Assembly (NCBI GenBank): GCA_963743425.1
Contig: CAVUPU010000001.1
Coordinates: forward strand, 575,054-639,053
DNA: 64,000 bases
Source: an uncultured Acidobacteriota bacterium
Lineage (GTDB): Bacteria > Acidobacteriota > Blastocatellia > RBC074
Direction: 5' to 3'
Both the position numbers and the translations under genes were made by a program. This document shows positions 1 through 9,465 of the stretch, in pieces (position 1 is the stretch's first letter; each line of letters starts with the position of its first letter). The notes beneath the pieces were generated by a model. That model searched no databases. It was not told the origin of the DNA and saw nothing but the letters and a program-made list of their open reading frames with translations.

Positions 1-145
1 ATTTTTCAGTCTTACATCTTTCTGTCTGGTCGGTCTCAGTGGCCGAAACGACGATCAAAGCTTCAGAATCCATAGCGGCCTTCTCGATGGAGACTCCGAT
101 GGTAACGTCACGCCCGAACTACTACCAGACATCGTAGGTCGAGGA

Positions 146-1150
146 TCATTGCAATTTCGAGACGGCTATTTCTATCACGTTGTGGATGGCCAGAAGGGTG
201 GAGGGATCGGTCGCCAGTAAAATCGCTGAGGTAAGGATCGCTGCAAAACAGATCCAGGGCCAGGTTTTGAAAGTCCGCCCGTCTGGCGAAAGGTTGTCGA
301 GTGTGGCCAGTTGGGTCAATCGCCGCACGCGTTGCGCAATTCCGCCCGCGTCATCGCCAATGAGCAATGCCCCGGCGGGCATCGCGGGTTTGACTCCTTT
401 GGGGACGAGTCGCGCGATCTTGACCAGCGTCGAAGCCAGATCGAGCGCGACATTGCCTCCGCCTCTCGCGGCGTGTTCATCAGCGGACGCTTCCGAAGCT
501 TCGGCCCATGCGCGATCGAGGCTCGCGCCGCTGGGGACGATCGCCAGCGCGTCGCGGCAGGCGCGCAGCAAGGCGCGTTTGAGATTGTCTCTGGCCGCGA
601 GGTGTCCGCTTTCGTGCGCGATTGCAGCGTCCATCTCTTCGCGAGTCAGCGATTGAAACAGATGATCGGCGATGAAGAGTTTCGGGCGAATGACGCCGAC
701 GATCGCGATGACAGGGAACTGATGGCGCAAACGATAAGCCGGGACCCGGATTTGATCGAACCTGACAGGCTCGGCGACGCGCAGCCAATCTTTGATCAGC
801 CTGCGGGTTGCGATCCACGCCGCGAAGCCGCGCCACAGCGCGAGCGCCAACCCGGCAGCCGAGATAGCCGCCAGAACGCTGAGTTTCAGACTGACCGGTT
901 CGACGCCGCGCCGGGGTTCGTACGCGATGTAGGATGGCGCCAGCAACGCGCCGACGCAGACGGCGGCGATGATCGAGGGAAAGACGCGCAGCGCGAAGAG
1001 CAGTCGCGCCCGCGCCTCGGCCGGCCAGTCTTCGGCGCGGGCGCGAAACACGCGCCACAACGCGGAGGTCAGCAGCGCGGCCACCGCGCCCGTCGCGAGC
1101 AACGTCGCCAAAGCCAGACAGATTCCCAGCAATTCGAACATCGGCTTCAA
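146..1150 (-). CDS. M56 family (BlaR1/MecR1-like) membrane metallopeptidase, no sensor domain
   Basis: N-terminal TM helices, HExxH motif (AHESGH..ARDNL), E..AD (EASADE); overlaps the stop of the upstream BlaI-family gene by 4 nt. Confidence 0.85.
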   Translation of the reverse strand: MKPMFELLGICLALATLLATGAVAALLTSALWRVFRARAEDWPAEARARLLFALRVFPSIIAAVCVGALLAPSYIAYEPRRGVEPVSLKLSVLAAISAAGLALALWRGFAAWIATRRLIKDWLRVAEPVRFDQIRVPAYRLRHQFPVIAIVGVIRPKLFIADHLFQSLTREEMDAAIAHESGHLAARDNLKRALLRACRDALAIVPSGASLDRAWAEASEASADEHAARGGGNVALDLASTLVKIARLVPKGVKPAMPAGALLIGDDAGGIAQRVRRLTQLATLDNLSPDGRTFKTWPWICFAAILTSAILLATDPSTLLAIHNVIEIAVSKLQ

Positions 1151-1596
1151 TCCTTTCGTGGCGCCGCGCGGCGTTTCTCCTTAATCAACCGGTCGAGTTC
1201 ATCGAGCAGCGCGCGGTCGCGCTCGCTCACCGCGTCAATGATGCAGGCCAGGATCGGCTCGACGCCGTCCGAACCTCGACCCAGGAGCTTGTCGATCACG
1301 TCACGAGCGACGCCGCGCTCGAATTCATCGGGAGAAACCCGTGGCGAGTAGAAGAACGCGCGGCCTTCCTTGCGCCTGTCGAGCAACCCCTTCTTGTGTA
1401 AACGGTCGAGCGTCGTCATCAGCGTCGTGTAGGCCAGACGGCCCTCGAAGGCCACCTGAATGTCGCGCACACTGACCTCCGCCATCTTTTCGGGACGCCG
1501 CCATATCAACTCCATCACCTTGCGTTCGAGCGGCCCGAGTTCAGAGACCATCTCGCCAGTTCGTTTGGATCTTTGCGGTGTGAAGCGGAGTTTCAT
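1147..1596 (-). CDS. BlaI/MecI/CopY family transcriptional repressor
   Basis: LGPLERKVMELIW...LAYTTLMTTLDRLHKKGLL.R.KEGRAFFY signature. ATG at 1596 chosen because the TTG at 1632 coincides with a -35 box. Confidence 0.88.
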   Translation of the reverse strand: MKLRFTPQRSKRTGEMVSELGPLERKVMELIWRRPEKMAEVSVRDIQVAFEGRLAYTTLMTTLDRLHKKGLLDRRKEGRAFFYSPRVSPDEFERGVARDVIDKLLGRGSDGVEPILACIIDAVSERDRALLDELDRLIKEKRRAAPRKD

Positions 1597-1603
1597 ACGG
1601 GTG

Positions 1604-1632
1604 AGTATTCGTGACAAGGGAGGTTCTGTCAA
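1604..1632 (-). promoter_or_regulatory. Putative sigma70 promoter of the blaI-like operon, possibly leaderless
   Basis: Minus strand TTGACA (1632-1627), 17-nt spacer, AATACT (1609-1604), then 7 nt to the ATG at 1596; no Shine-Dalgarno. Confidence 0.5.
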
Positions 1633-1633
1633 A

Positions 1634-1990
1634 CATTACACTGGATGGGATGAAGAGAAACCCGTGCGCTTCAGGCTCGAAACGCCCGATGGCAAACAGG
1701 GCTTCATCGATCTGAATCTGAGCGGAACAAACGTCCGGAAAGAGGTCAGGCTACTGAGCCGATTTGAAGACCACCTGCTGGCCGAAAATCCCAGGCTGAA
1801 ACACAAATGGAGCGCGGACATATGGGCGGCGATTGAGAAGGGGCATGTCTACGCGGGAATGACCGGGGAGCAGGTGAAGATGAGTTGGGGAGAACCCGAT
1901 AAAGTCACTCGCACGGCGGCTGGCGAGGTGTGGACCTATCCGAGCGGCTCGCTGGTCTTCAAGAGGGGTATCTTGACCGGGTCGCAGTGA
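1634..1990 (+). pseudogene. C-terminal fragment of a protein with a SmpA/OmlA-like GMTxEQV...WGEP tail; no start codon or RBS
   Basis: Protein-like frame HYTGWDEEKPVRF...AIEKGHVYAGMTGEQVKMSWGEPDKV...WTY; the 5' part of the ORF is only antisense to blaI. Confidence 0.55.
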
Positions 1991-2133
1991 TTGCGGATTG
2001 CGGATTGCGGATTGCGGATTGCGGATTGCGGATTGATGAAGAGATCCTACAATTATGTTCTTCGCGTTTTGCCATTTCAGATTGCCGATAGAGGATCAAA
2101 AAATCCGCAATCCGCAATCCGCAATCCGCAATC
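1989..2133. repeat. Inverted heptamer arrays (GATTGCG)x6+ ... (AATCCGC)x4+
   Basis: Read directly: 1989-2035 and the complementary arm 2102-2133. Confidence 0.95.
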
Positions 2134-2182
2134 ACCGCTCCCCGTTGAAAAGTGGCCGCATATCCCATACTGTTTGCCTGCG

Positions 2183-3721
2183 ATGGCTGCGAAATACTGT
2201 CCCACTTGTCAAAAAGCTTTCACCTCGACTGACCGCCTGTGTCTGGACGACGGCTCAGTTCTGTCGTTGAACGATCCCTATCATCTGGTGGGCAGGACTC
2301 TGCTCGACAAATATCGTATTGACGCTCTGGTGGGGTTGGGAGGAATGGGCGCCGTTTATTACGCCTATCATTCCGGCATAGACCGCAGCGTCGCCTTCAA
2401 GATCCTTCAGCCGAATGTAGCTCTCAGCGACGAGCACGTGGTGGAGCTGTTCCAGCGCGAGGCGAAGCTGGCGGGACGGCTCTCGCATGAAAACATCGCG
2501 GACGTGAAGGACGCCGGGCACACCGATGAAGGCCTCGCTTACATAGTCATGGAGTGGCTCGAAGGGCGCACGCTCGACGAAGCGCTGTTGAGTCAAGGGC
2601 GGTTCAGCTTCGGTCGCGCAGTCGCAATCGCGCGCCAGATTGCCGCCGCGCTCGGCGAGGCTCACCGCAAACATGTCGTCCACCGCGATCTCAAACCGGG
2701 GAACATCATGCTCATTGATTCGCCCCGCAGGCGCGATCACGTCAAGGTGCTGGACTTCGGCATCGGAAAGGCGCTCGGAGAGACAAAGGCCGGCTCTATG
2801 GTTTCGATCGTGGTGGGCACGCCGCATTACGCCAGCCCGGAGCAGTTGACCGTGGGCGGGCGCATTGACGGGCGTTCGGACATCTACTCGCTCGGCGTCA
2901 TTCTTTACCGGATGATCGGCGGGAAGCCGCCCTTCAACAGCCCCTCGATGGGCGAAGTGATCCAGATGCAATTGACCGCGGAACCGGCGCCCCTCTTCAC
3001 ACTGCGGCCCGAGACGCCGCCCGCAATAGAACGTCTGGTCAACAGCATGCTCGCGAAAGACCCGGCGCGGCGACCTCAGAGCGCCGCTGAAGTGATTGCG
3101 GCGCTCGACCAGACGCTCCCTCATCCGGAGAAGGACGATGTCGCGCCGACCGGAGAAACAACCATTCAAAGAGGGCATAATCCGCTCGAACGGACAACGG
3201 AAGGGATGTACGCCGCTCCGCCTTCGCGCGGAACATTCTCGACCAACGTTCAGCGGACAAACCGTATCAAACCTTCCGCGGCCTATGCGACGATAATCGG
3301 AGCGATGTTGGTCGCTGTAGGCTATGGCATTTATCGCTACGCCTCCAGCGGCGCCGCGAGCGATGTTCTACAGGAGAGACCGGTTGTGGCCACGGCCCAG
3401 CCAACGCCTTCGACGGCTGTCACGGGAGGGCCGACGCCATCGCCGAATCCAACCGCTGACGTAACGCCGCCGCCAGGAACAAACCCCGGCGCCCAGGATC
3501 GTCGGGAGGAGAATTCGGCGCCGGTAAATCGCTCGCGGCAGGACGATCGACGATTGGCGGATAAACATTTCGAGCAGTCGAAGGCGCTGTACCTTCGAGG
3601 CGATTATCGTGCCGCGCTCCGCAAGTGTGATGAGGCGCTCAGGCTCGATCCGCAGCATGGAAGGGCGCAAGAGCTTAAACGCAAGATCAATGACGCGATC
3701 AATATTTTGAAACCTCAATAG
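2183..3721 (+). CDS. Membrane-anchored Hanks-type Ser/Thr protein kinase with N-terminal Cys motif and C-terminal TPR
   Basis: GLGGMGAVY, VAFK, HRDLKPGN, DFG, GTPHYASPE, SDIYSLG; TM segment (AYATIIGAMLVAVGYGIY), Pro/Thr linker, TPR-like C-terminus; start at MAAKYCPTC. Confidence 0.92.
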   Translation: MAAKYCPTCQKAFTSTDRLCLDDGSVLSLNDPYHLVGRTLLDKYRIDALVGLGGMGAVYYAYHSGIDRSVAFKILQPNVALSDEHVVELFQREAKLAGRLSHENIADVKDAGHTDEGLAYIVMEWLEGRTLDEALLSQGRFSFGRAVAIARQIAAALGEAHRKHVVHRDLKPGNIMLIDSPRRRDHVKVLDFGIGKALGETKAGSMVSIVVGTPHYASPEQLTVGGRIDGRSDIYSLGVILYRMIGGKPPFNSPSMGEVIQMQLTAEPAPLFTLRPETPPAIERLVNSMLAKDPARRPQSAAEVIAALDQTLPHPEKDDVAPTGETTIQRGHNPLERTTEGMYAAPPSRGTFSTNVQRTNRIKPSAAYATIIGAMLVAVGYGIYRYASSGAASDVLQERPVVATAQPTPSTAVTGGPTPSPNPTADVTPPPGTNPGAQDRREENSAPVNRSRQDDRRLADKHFEQSKALYLRGDYRAALRKCDEALRLDPQHGRAQELKRKINDAINILKPQ

Positions 3722-3727
3722 GTCTCT

Positions 3728-5971
3728 ATGTCAAAAATGTTTCTGACATTGTTCGTCATCGGCTCCGCCGCGCTGATTTCGTCTTCGGCGAAAGCGCATT
3801 TGCCATTTCAGGAGCCTCGCCCGTTGACGCTCCGCCAGATAGAGCAATTGATCGAGAGCAGAATTGATGACGAAGTCATAGCGCGCGAGATACGCGAGCG
3901 GGGCCTGGCCTTCAGGCTTCCCGCGGCGACGCTCGAACAATTGGTCAAGCGCGGCGCGGGCGAGCAGACCAGGCAATCGCTTCTGCGGCAGGAAGAACGC
4001 GCCGCATACGCGGCTTACTTGAATGAAAAGCAGGACCCCTCGAAGCGACTGGCGCTGGGCAAAGAGTTCTTGCGCCGACATCCGGAGAGCGAACACGCCT
4101 CGGAGGTCGAGTCGGGAAACCGTCGCGCGACGCTCGAAATCTTCAACGCATTTTCCAAGGCTTTCTCGGCCAACCCGGATGCGGCGAGTCTCGACCGGTT
4201 GCTGGCGATGGGGCGCGAGATATTGAGCCGGGGGCCAGATCGGGCGGTCGCCGCGCAGGTTACGTCGCAACTTGCTCTGGGCACGGGACGCGGAATGATC
4301 GGCGGTTTTTACAGCGATCTCGAACAGAGCCGGGCATACTCCAGTCAGGCTCTCGATCTGTTGGAGGAGACGACTCCGCCGGCCGGCATCGACGCCGCAG
4401 AGTACGCGAGGCTGCGCGCCAACAGTCTCAGCCTCATCTATCAATGCCAGGGGCTTTACCTGCTGCGTCAGCCGAATCCCGACGCCGAACGGGCGATAGA
4501 TTTTCTCAACAAAGCCGCTGAATCGAAGGGCGGCCCGAGCGCCAATGATCCGAACACCTACTGGCTGCGCGCGCTCGCCTACGACCTGATCTACCAAAAG
4601 CTGATCGAGAAGTATCAGGCCCTTCAGAAGAGTCAGAGGACCAGCAAGCAGGGGCAATCGCTTTGCGCGGAAATCAATCCGGTCGCAAACAATCTGATAG
4701 AGGACTACGCGCGCGTCATTTCCCTGAGCGCCGCCTCCGGCTCGCGCCAATTGCACGAGGAGGCGCTGACCGCGCTCAAATCGCTCTCGACCACCGACCG
4801 GCCCTGCCTCGCCGGGCGAACCGAACTCCTCGATGAACTGCCGGCGGAGGAGAACCGCTTCGCGCTGGTCATAGGAGTCGAAGATTATCTGGACGAGCGC
4901 GTCGGCAAATTCAATTACGCGGCGTCCGGCGCGAGCGCAGTGGCCGACGCGCTCGCGCGCCACGCGGGATTTCGCAAAGAGAAGATCGTTCTGCTTGCAA
5001 CCGGCGGACCGGCTGAGCGACAGCCGCTGCGCAGCGTGATCCTGCGGCGCCTGGCGAATCTGCCCGATCGCGTTTCTGGCGACGGCCTTTTGCTGATCTA
5101 TTTCGCCGGCCATGTAGTTGAGCGCGGGGGGAAGAATTATCTGCTCCCAGCCGACGCGCTGACCGGCAATGACGCGTTGCTCGCGGAGACCGCCATCAGC
5201 GTCGATCGGATCAAAGAGTTGATCCGGGCGAGCGGCGTCGGCCAGGTAATGCTCGTCTTCGACGCGTTTCGACAGGACCCTCTCAGCGTAGCGTTCATAC
5301 GCGGATTGACTTTCGACACCCGCAATCAGGAGGCGTCTGCGTTCGCCATGCTGCTGGCCACTGGCGTCGGGCAGCGCGCTTACGAGTCACAAACGAAAAA
5401 GCAGAGCTATTTCACCGCCGCGTTGATCGAAGCTCTGAAAGGCCGGGCGGCAGGCGGCGGGCGTGAGGTCACGCTCGATCGGCTCGTCAAATATTTGCAG
5501 ACGAATGTGCCGGCGGAGGCTCAGCGTGATTTAGGCGCCGGCGCGCAACAGCTCCCGCTGGCCTTTATTGAAGGCTATCAGTCCGATGAGTTGACGCTGG
5601 CCATCTCTGAAAGCGGAGCGCCGCCGGCTAAACCCGACCCGGCTGAATTGACGCGCGCCGCCAGGACCATTCACGTCCGCTCGAAGACGATCTTTCTCAC
5701 GCCGAAATTGCTGGAAGATGAATTGCTCAAACAGCCCGACTTTCAGGCGCTCGGGCTGACGATCGTCTCAGCGGACACAGACGCTGATCTGGTGGTGGAT
5801 GTGACGCTGCCTTTCCTGAGCTGGACGTGGACTTACGTCGTTACGCATCGAACCAGCAACACTCAGCTCGCCAACGGCAAAATAAGGGAGATCACCGCCG
5901 GTCTCGCGTCGCCCAAACTGGCGAAGGATCTGATTGCGAGCCTGCAAACGTTGCGAACGACCAGGAAGTGA
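3728..5971 (+). CDS. Secreted helical-repeat + caspase-fold (peptidase C14) protein, catalytic Cys replaced
   Basis: Signal-peptide-like N-terminus; RFALVIGVEDY, LLIYFAGHV, NYLLPAD, LVFDAFR (canonical DACR), YFTAALIEALKG. Confidence 0.8.
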   Translation: MSKMFLTLFVIGSAALISSSAKAHLPFQEPRPLTLRQIEQLIESRIDDEVIAREIRERGLAFRLPAATLEQLVKRGAGEQTRQSLLRQEERAAYAAYLNEKQDPSKRLALGKEFLRRHPESEHASEVESGNRRATLEIFNAFSKAFSANPDAASLDRLLAMGREILSRGPDRAVAAQVTSQLALGTGRGMIGGFYSDLEQSRAYSSQALDLLEETTPPAGIDAAEYARLRANSLSLIYQCQGLYLLRQPNPDAERAIDFLNKAAESKGGPSANDPNTYWLRALAYDLIYQKLIEKYQALQKSQRTSKQGQSLCAEINPVANNLIEDYARVISLSAASGSRQLHEEALTALKSLSTTDRPCLAGRTELLDELPAEENRFALVIGVEDYLDERVGKFNYAASGASAVADALARHAGFRKEKIVLLATGGPAERQPLRSVILRRLANLPDRVSGDGLLLIYFAGHVVERGGKNYLLPADALTGNDALLAETAISVDRIKELIRASGVGQVMLVFDAFRQDPLSVAFIRGLTFDTRNQEASAFAMLLATGVGQRAYESQTKKQSYFTAALIEALKGRAAGGGREVTLDRLVKYLQTNVPAEAQRDLGAGAQQLPLAFIEGYQSDELTLAISESGAPPAKPDPAELTRAARTIHVRSKTIFLTPKLLEDELLKQPDFQALGLTIVSADTDADLVVDVTLPFLSWTWTYVVTHRTSNTQLANGKIREITAGLASPKLAKDLIASLQTLRTTRK

Positions 5972-5974
5972 TAT

Positions 5975-6075
5975 GCCACAGAGCCACAGAGCCATAGAGC
6001 CACAGAGTTAGACAGAGTGATAAAGCGGCGCTCAGTCTCTCTCCCACTGTGTTTATCTCTGTGTATGCGGTGGCG
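5975..6075. repeat. Octamer array (CCACAGAG) with degenerate complementary arm
   Basis: gccacagagccacagagccatagagccacagag at 5975-6007; ctctgtg-like motifs at about 6036-6072. Confidence 0.7.
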
Positions 6076-6193
6076 AGTCCTGCGGTTTTGCTCAACCCAT
6101 AAAGTTGTGGTAACTTCCGCCACTATTTCAGACCTGTTTATCCCGACCTGACAAATGCGTCATCTGCTCGAACAATCTCAGGAAGGAAGAAGT

Positions 6194-7391
6194 ATGTCCA
6201 AGCTTTCCATTCGCGACCTCGACCTGGCGGGGAAGCGGGTTTTCATCCGAGTTGATTTCAACGTCCCGCTCGAAGACGGCAAGGTCTCCGACGACACGCG
6301 CATCAGGGCGGCAATCCCGACGATTCAGTTCGCGATTGATAAAGGCGCGCGCGTGATTCTGGCCTCGCACCTGGGCCGCCCCAAGGGGCAACGCAATATG
6401 AAATACTCGCTCAAACCGGTGGCCGAACATCTGTCGAAATTGATCGGGCGACCGGTCGCGTTCGCCGGCGATTGCGTCGGCGAGGAGGCCGCAAGGGTCA
6501 TCGATGCGATGAAAGACGGCGATATCGCGCTGCTCGAAAACCTGCGCTTTCATCCCGAAGAGGAGGCCAACGATCCTAAGTTCGCCGAACAGTTGGCCTC
6601 GTTGTGCGACCTTTACGTCAACGACGCGTTCGGTTCGGCCCATCGCGCGCACGCCTCGACCGAAGGAATAACGAAGTTCGTCAAACAGTCCGCCGCCGGA
6701 TTCCTGATGGAGAGGGAACTGCGCTATCTGATCGAAGCTTTGAGCAACCCGCGCCGGCCCTTTGTGGTGATCCTCGGCGGCGCGAAAGTTTCGGATAAGA
6801 TTCAGGCGATCGAAAACCTGCTGAAATCAGCCGACGCGGTGTTGATCGGCGGCGCGATGGCCTACACGTTCCTCAAAGCTCGCGGGCTGGAAACAGGAAA
6901 GTCATTGGTCGAGCCGGACAAAACCGAGCTCGCCGGCAGGCTCGAAGCCGAGGCCAGAGAGCGCGGCGTCAATCTGCAATTGCCTGTTCGATCACGTCGT
7001 GGCGGCCAATCCCGACGACGGCGCGAACGCCGAGAACGTCAGCGTCGAGGCCACGCCCGCCGATAAGATGGGACTCGACATCGGCGAGGCTACGCGGACG
7101 GCTTACGGCGACGTCATCGCATCGGCGCAGACGATCATCTGGAATGGGCCGATGGGGATGTTCGAGAAACCGCCCTTTGACCGCGGAACCCTCGACGTCG
7201 CGCAAGCCGTCGTCGAGGCATCGGAAAAGAACGACGCGACCTCGATCATCGGCGGCGGCGACAGCGTCGCGGCGATTCAGGAGACAGGCCTGGCCGACAA
7301 GATCACGCACATTTCGACCGGCGGCGGAGCCACGCTTGAATTGCTGGCGGGCGACACGCTGCCCGGCGTGGCTGCGCTGACCGAAAAGTAG
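6194..7391 (+). CDS. pgk: Phosphoglycerate kinase; +1 frameshift near 6988, probably a sequencing error
   Basis: [41 protein letters not shown]; second frame [19 protein letters not shown]. Removing one base from GTTCGAT restores LPVDHV. Confidence 0.95.
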
Positions 7392-7395
7392 CGGG

Positions 7396-7802
7396 AGTTC
7401 GTAGTCCCGCCTTATGGTCTTTGAAAATTAAACGCAACCACGTAGGGGCGGGTTTTCCCCGCCCTGGTCTGTGATCGAGGCGATTGGGCGGGGAAAACCC
7501 GCCCCTACGTTGGATTGTGTGGTTGCATTTATTTTTCAAGGACCATCAACCCACGGTATCGCAGGATTTTTCTTCCCGTCGCGTCAGCGACGATTGAAAT
7601 CATCCGTCGCTGATGCGACGCGGGAATATTCTCCAACCGTCCCGTGGGTTGATGGTCTTTGAAAATTAAACGCAACCACGTAGGGGCGGGTTTTCCCCGC
7701 CCTGGTCTGTGATCGAGGCGATTGGGCGGGGAAAACCCGCCCCTACGTTGGATTGTGTGGTTGCATTTATTTTTCAAGGACCATAAGGCGGGACTACGAA
7801 CT
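7396..7802. mobile_element. Nested palindromic composite: two identical 131-bp MITE-like units around an inner REP-like doublet, inside a 19-bp perfect inverted repeat
   Basis: Units 7415-7545 and 7653-7783 (ends TGGTCTTTGAAAA / TTTTCAAGGACCA); outer arms 7396-7414 and 7784-7802. Confidence 0.85.
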
Positions 7803-7822
7803 GATTTCTCAAGGAGACTGTT

Positions 7823-9337
7823 ATGCGAATGCGATGGTTACTGCACATGGTCGTATTGAAACTGTCTTTGTTGTCGCTGGCGCCGGTGGTTCTCGGTCAG
7901 ACGACCGCCCCTCAACTATTCCGTCTGAACAAGATCGAGGTGGAAGGGTTGCGGAAGGTTAACAAGGAGAAGGTTATCGAAGCCTGCGGCCTGAAGATCG
8001 GCCAGGAGGTTGACCTGGGCGCGCTCAAGGCGGCGGCCAATCGCCTGCATAACAGCGGCTGGTTCACCCAGGTCACTTACCGTTACAATTTTTCCGAAGG
8101 TCAGATGGATGTGACCTTCGAGGTCGAAGAGAAAGTCCTCTCCACCGGCCCGGCCAAGCTTGGCGAGGTCGAATTTTTGGGATTGCGCGAAATTCAGCGC
8201 GACCTGGCCCTCAAAGAGAGCGGGTTGCAGCCAGGGCAGCTTGTTGACCGCGACACGATTGAAGCCGCCGCGAAACGGTTGATGGCCACGGGGTATTTTT
8301 TGAGGGCCACTTTTCAGTATCAACAGTTGAGCGAACAGATACGTGTGACCTTCGAGATGACAGAGCGCCGGTGGGACACGCCATGCGTTTTCGACAACTT
8401 CGTCTGGTTTACCAATCAAGAGTTGGTTGAAATCATTCGCCGGGATGTCCCGCCGTTTAACGGATCGGCGCCGGAGGCGGGCGTTGTGATCGAGCGCGTC
8501 ACGAAGATACTCAACGGCCTGATTCAACAGCGCGGCCTGACCGGCCAGGTCAGCCACAGCTTCCTGTCGGGCGGTCAAAGTGGCGCGCATGTCTTTAGTG
8601 TCATCGGAGTCCCGCTGCCCATCTGCTCCGTGCAATTGACCGGGGCCTCGGTCACTGCGGCGTCGCAACTGCTCAAAGTTTTGAAGCCGCTGATTGACAA
8701 ACAATATTCGCGCTCGCAGTTCATGGTCTACGTCGAAAACGACTTCCTGCCATATTACCGGCAACGCGGCTTCCTGCGCGCCGGATTCGGATCGCCGCAG
8801 GCCAAGCCGGCCGACGGCTCCGACAAGAAATGTAAGAACGGGGTTACGGTGAATCTACCTGTGACCGAAGGGTCGCCTTACGTCTGGGATAAGGCTGAAT
8901 GGACGGGCAATCAGGCGCTGACGGCGGCCGCGCTCGACGGCTTTCTTGCGATGAAATCCGGCGCGGTTGCGGACGGGCGGAAGATAAACTCCGGGTTGGA
9001 CGCGGCCAGGTATGCGTACGCCAAACAGGGATTCATCGAAGCCGGGCTGATCGCCACGCCAAACTTCGACGACGCCAATCTTCGCGTCTCTTACCGCATC
9101 GCCGTCAAAGAAGGGCAGCAGTTCCGAATGGGCAGACTGCTGATCACCGGCGTGCCGGAGAAAGAGATCGGTAAACTGCAGGAGCGATGGAAATTGAAGC
9201 CCGGCGATGTCTTTGACGCTTCCTATCCGAACGACTTTGTGGGAAAGCTGATAAAGGACGGCGCCAAGATAGCGCCGGGCGTAACGCCCAGCCCCGACCG
9301 CGCAAAGTTGACGGTTGATGTGGCGCTTACTTTTTGA
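7823..9337 (+). CDS. Secreted multi-POTRA-domain protein without beta-barrel
   Basis: Signal peptide; repeated POTRA patterns (IEVEGL...GLKIG...L.NSGWF..V; VEFLGL...GLQPG...LMATGYF; WKLKPGDVFD); RBS AAGGAG. Confidence 0.8.
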   Translation: MRMRWLLHMVVLKLSLLSLAPVVLGQTTAPQLFRLNKIEVEGLRKVNKEKVIEACGLKIGQEVDLGALKAAANRLHNSGWFTQVTYRYNFSEGQMDVTFEVEEKVLSTGPAKLGEVEFLGLREIQRDLALKESGLQPGQLVDRDTIEAAAKRLMATGYFLRATFQYQQLSEQIRVTFEMTERRWDTPCVFDNFVWFTNQELVEIIRRDVPPFNGSAPEAGVVIERVTKILNGLIQQRGLTGQVSHSFLSGGQSGAHVFSVIGVPLPICSVQLTGASVTAASQLLKVLKPLIDKQYSRSQFMVYVENDFLPYYRQRGFLRAGFGSPQAKPADGSDKKCKNGVTVNLPVTEGSPYVWDKAEWTGNQALTAAALDGFLAMKSGAVADGRKINSGLDAARYAYAKQGFIEAGLIATPNFDDANLRVSYRIAVKEGQQFRMGRLLITGVPEKEIGKLQERWKLKPGDVFDASYPNDFVGKLIKDGAKIAPGVTPSPDRAKLTVDVALTF

Positions 9338-9355
9338 GTTGGCAACCAACGTCAT

Positions 9356-9446
9356 CGGATCAGTACCGCGAGCGGTAGCGAGCGTGGCTCCCATAATCCG
9401 GTTTTTAGTGGAAGCCACGCTCGCTATCGCTCGCGGTACTGATCCG
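9356..9446. repeat. REP-like palindrome, CAGTACCGCGAGCGGTAGCGAGCG family
   Basis: Long inverted arms; related copies at 49587-49668 and 59370-59468. Confidence 0.9.
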
Positions 9447-9465
9447 GCAAAATCCGAGGGAGTTA

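Noticed and set aside
118-138. CTAC...GTAG palindrome as a BlaI operator
   Set aside because: It is too short and imperfect, and no matching copy was seen at the blaI promoter.
1991-2182. N-terminal extension of the kinase (RIADCGL...)
   Set aside because: It is a translation of the heptamer arrays; the ATG at 2183 gives a start matching the other kinase's Cys motif.
6194-7391. pgk as a pseudogene or programmed frameshift
   Set aside because: Both halves are well conserved, there is no slippery site, and similar +1 insertions occur throughout the window.
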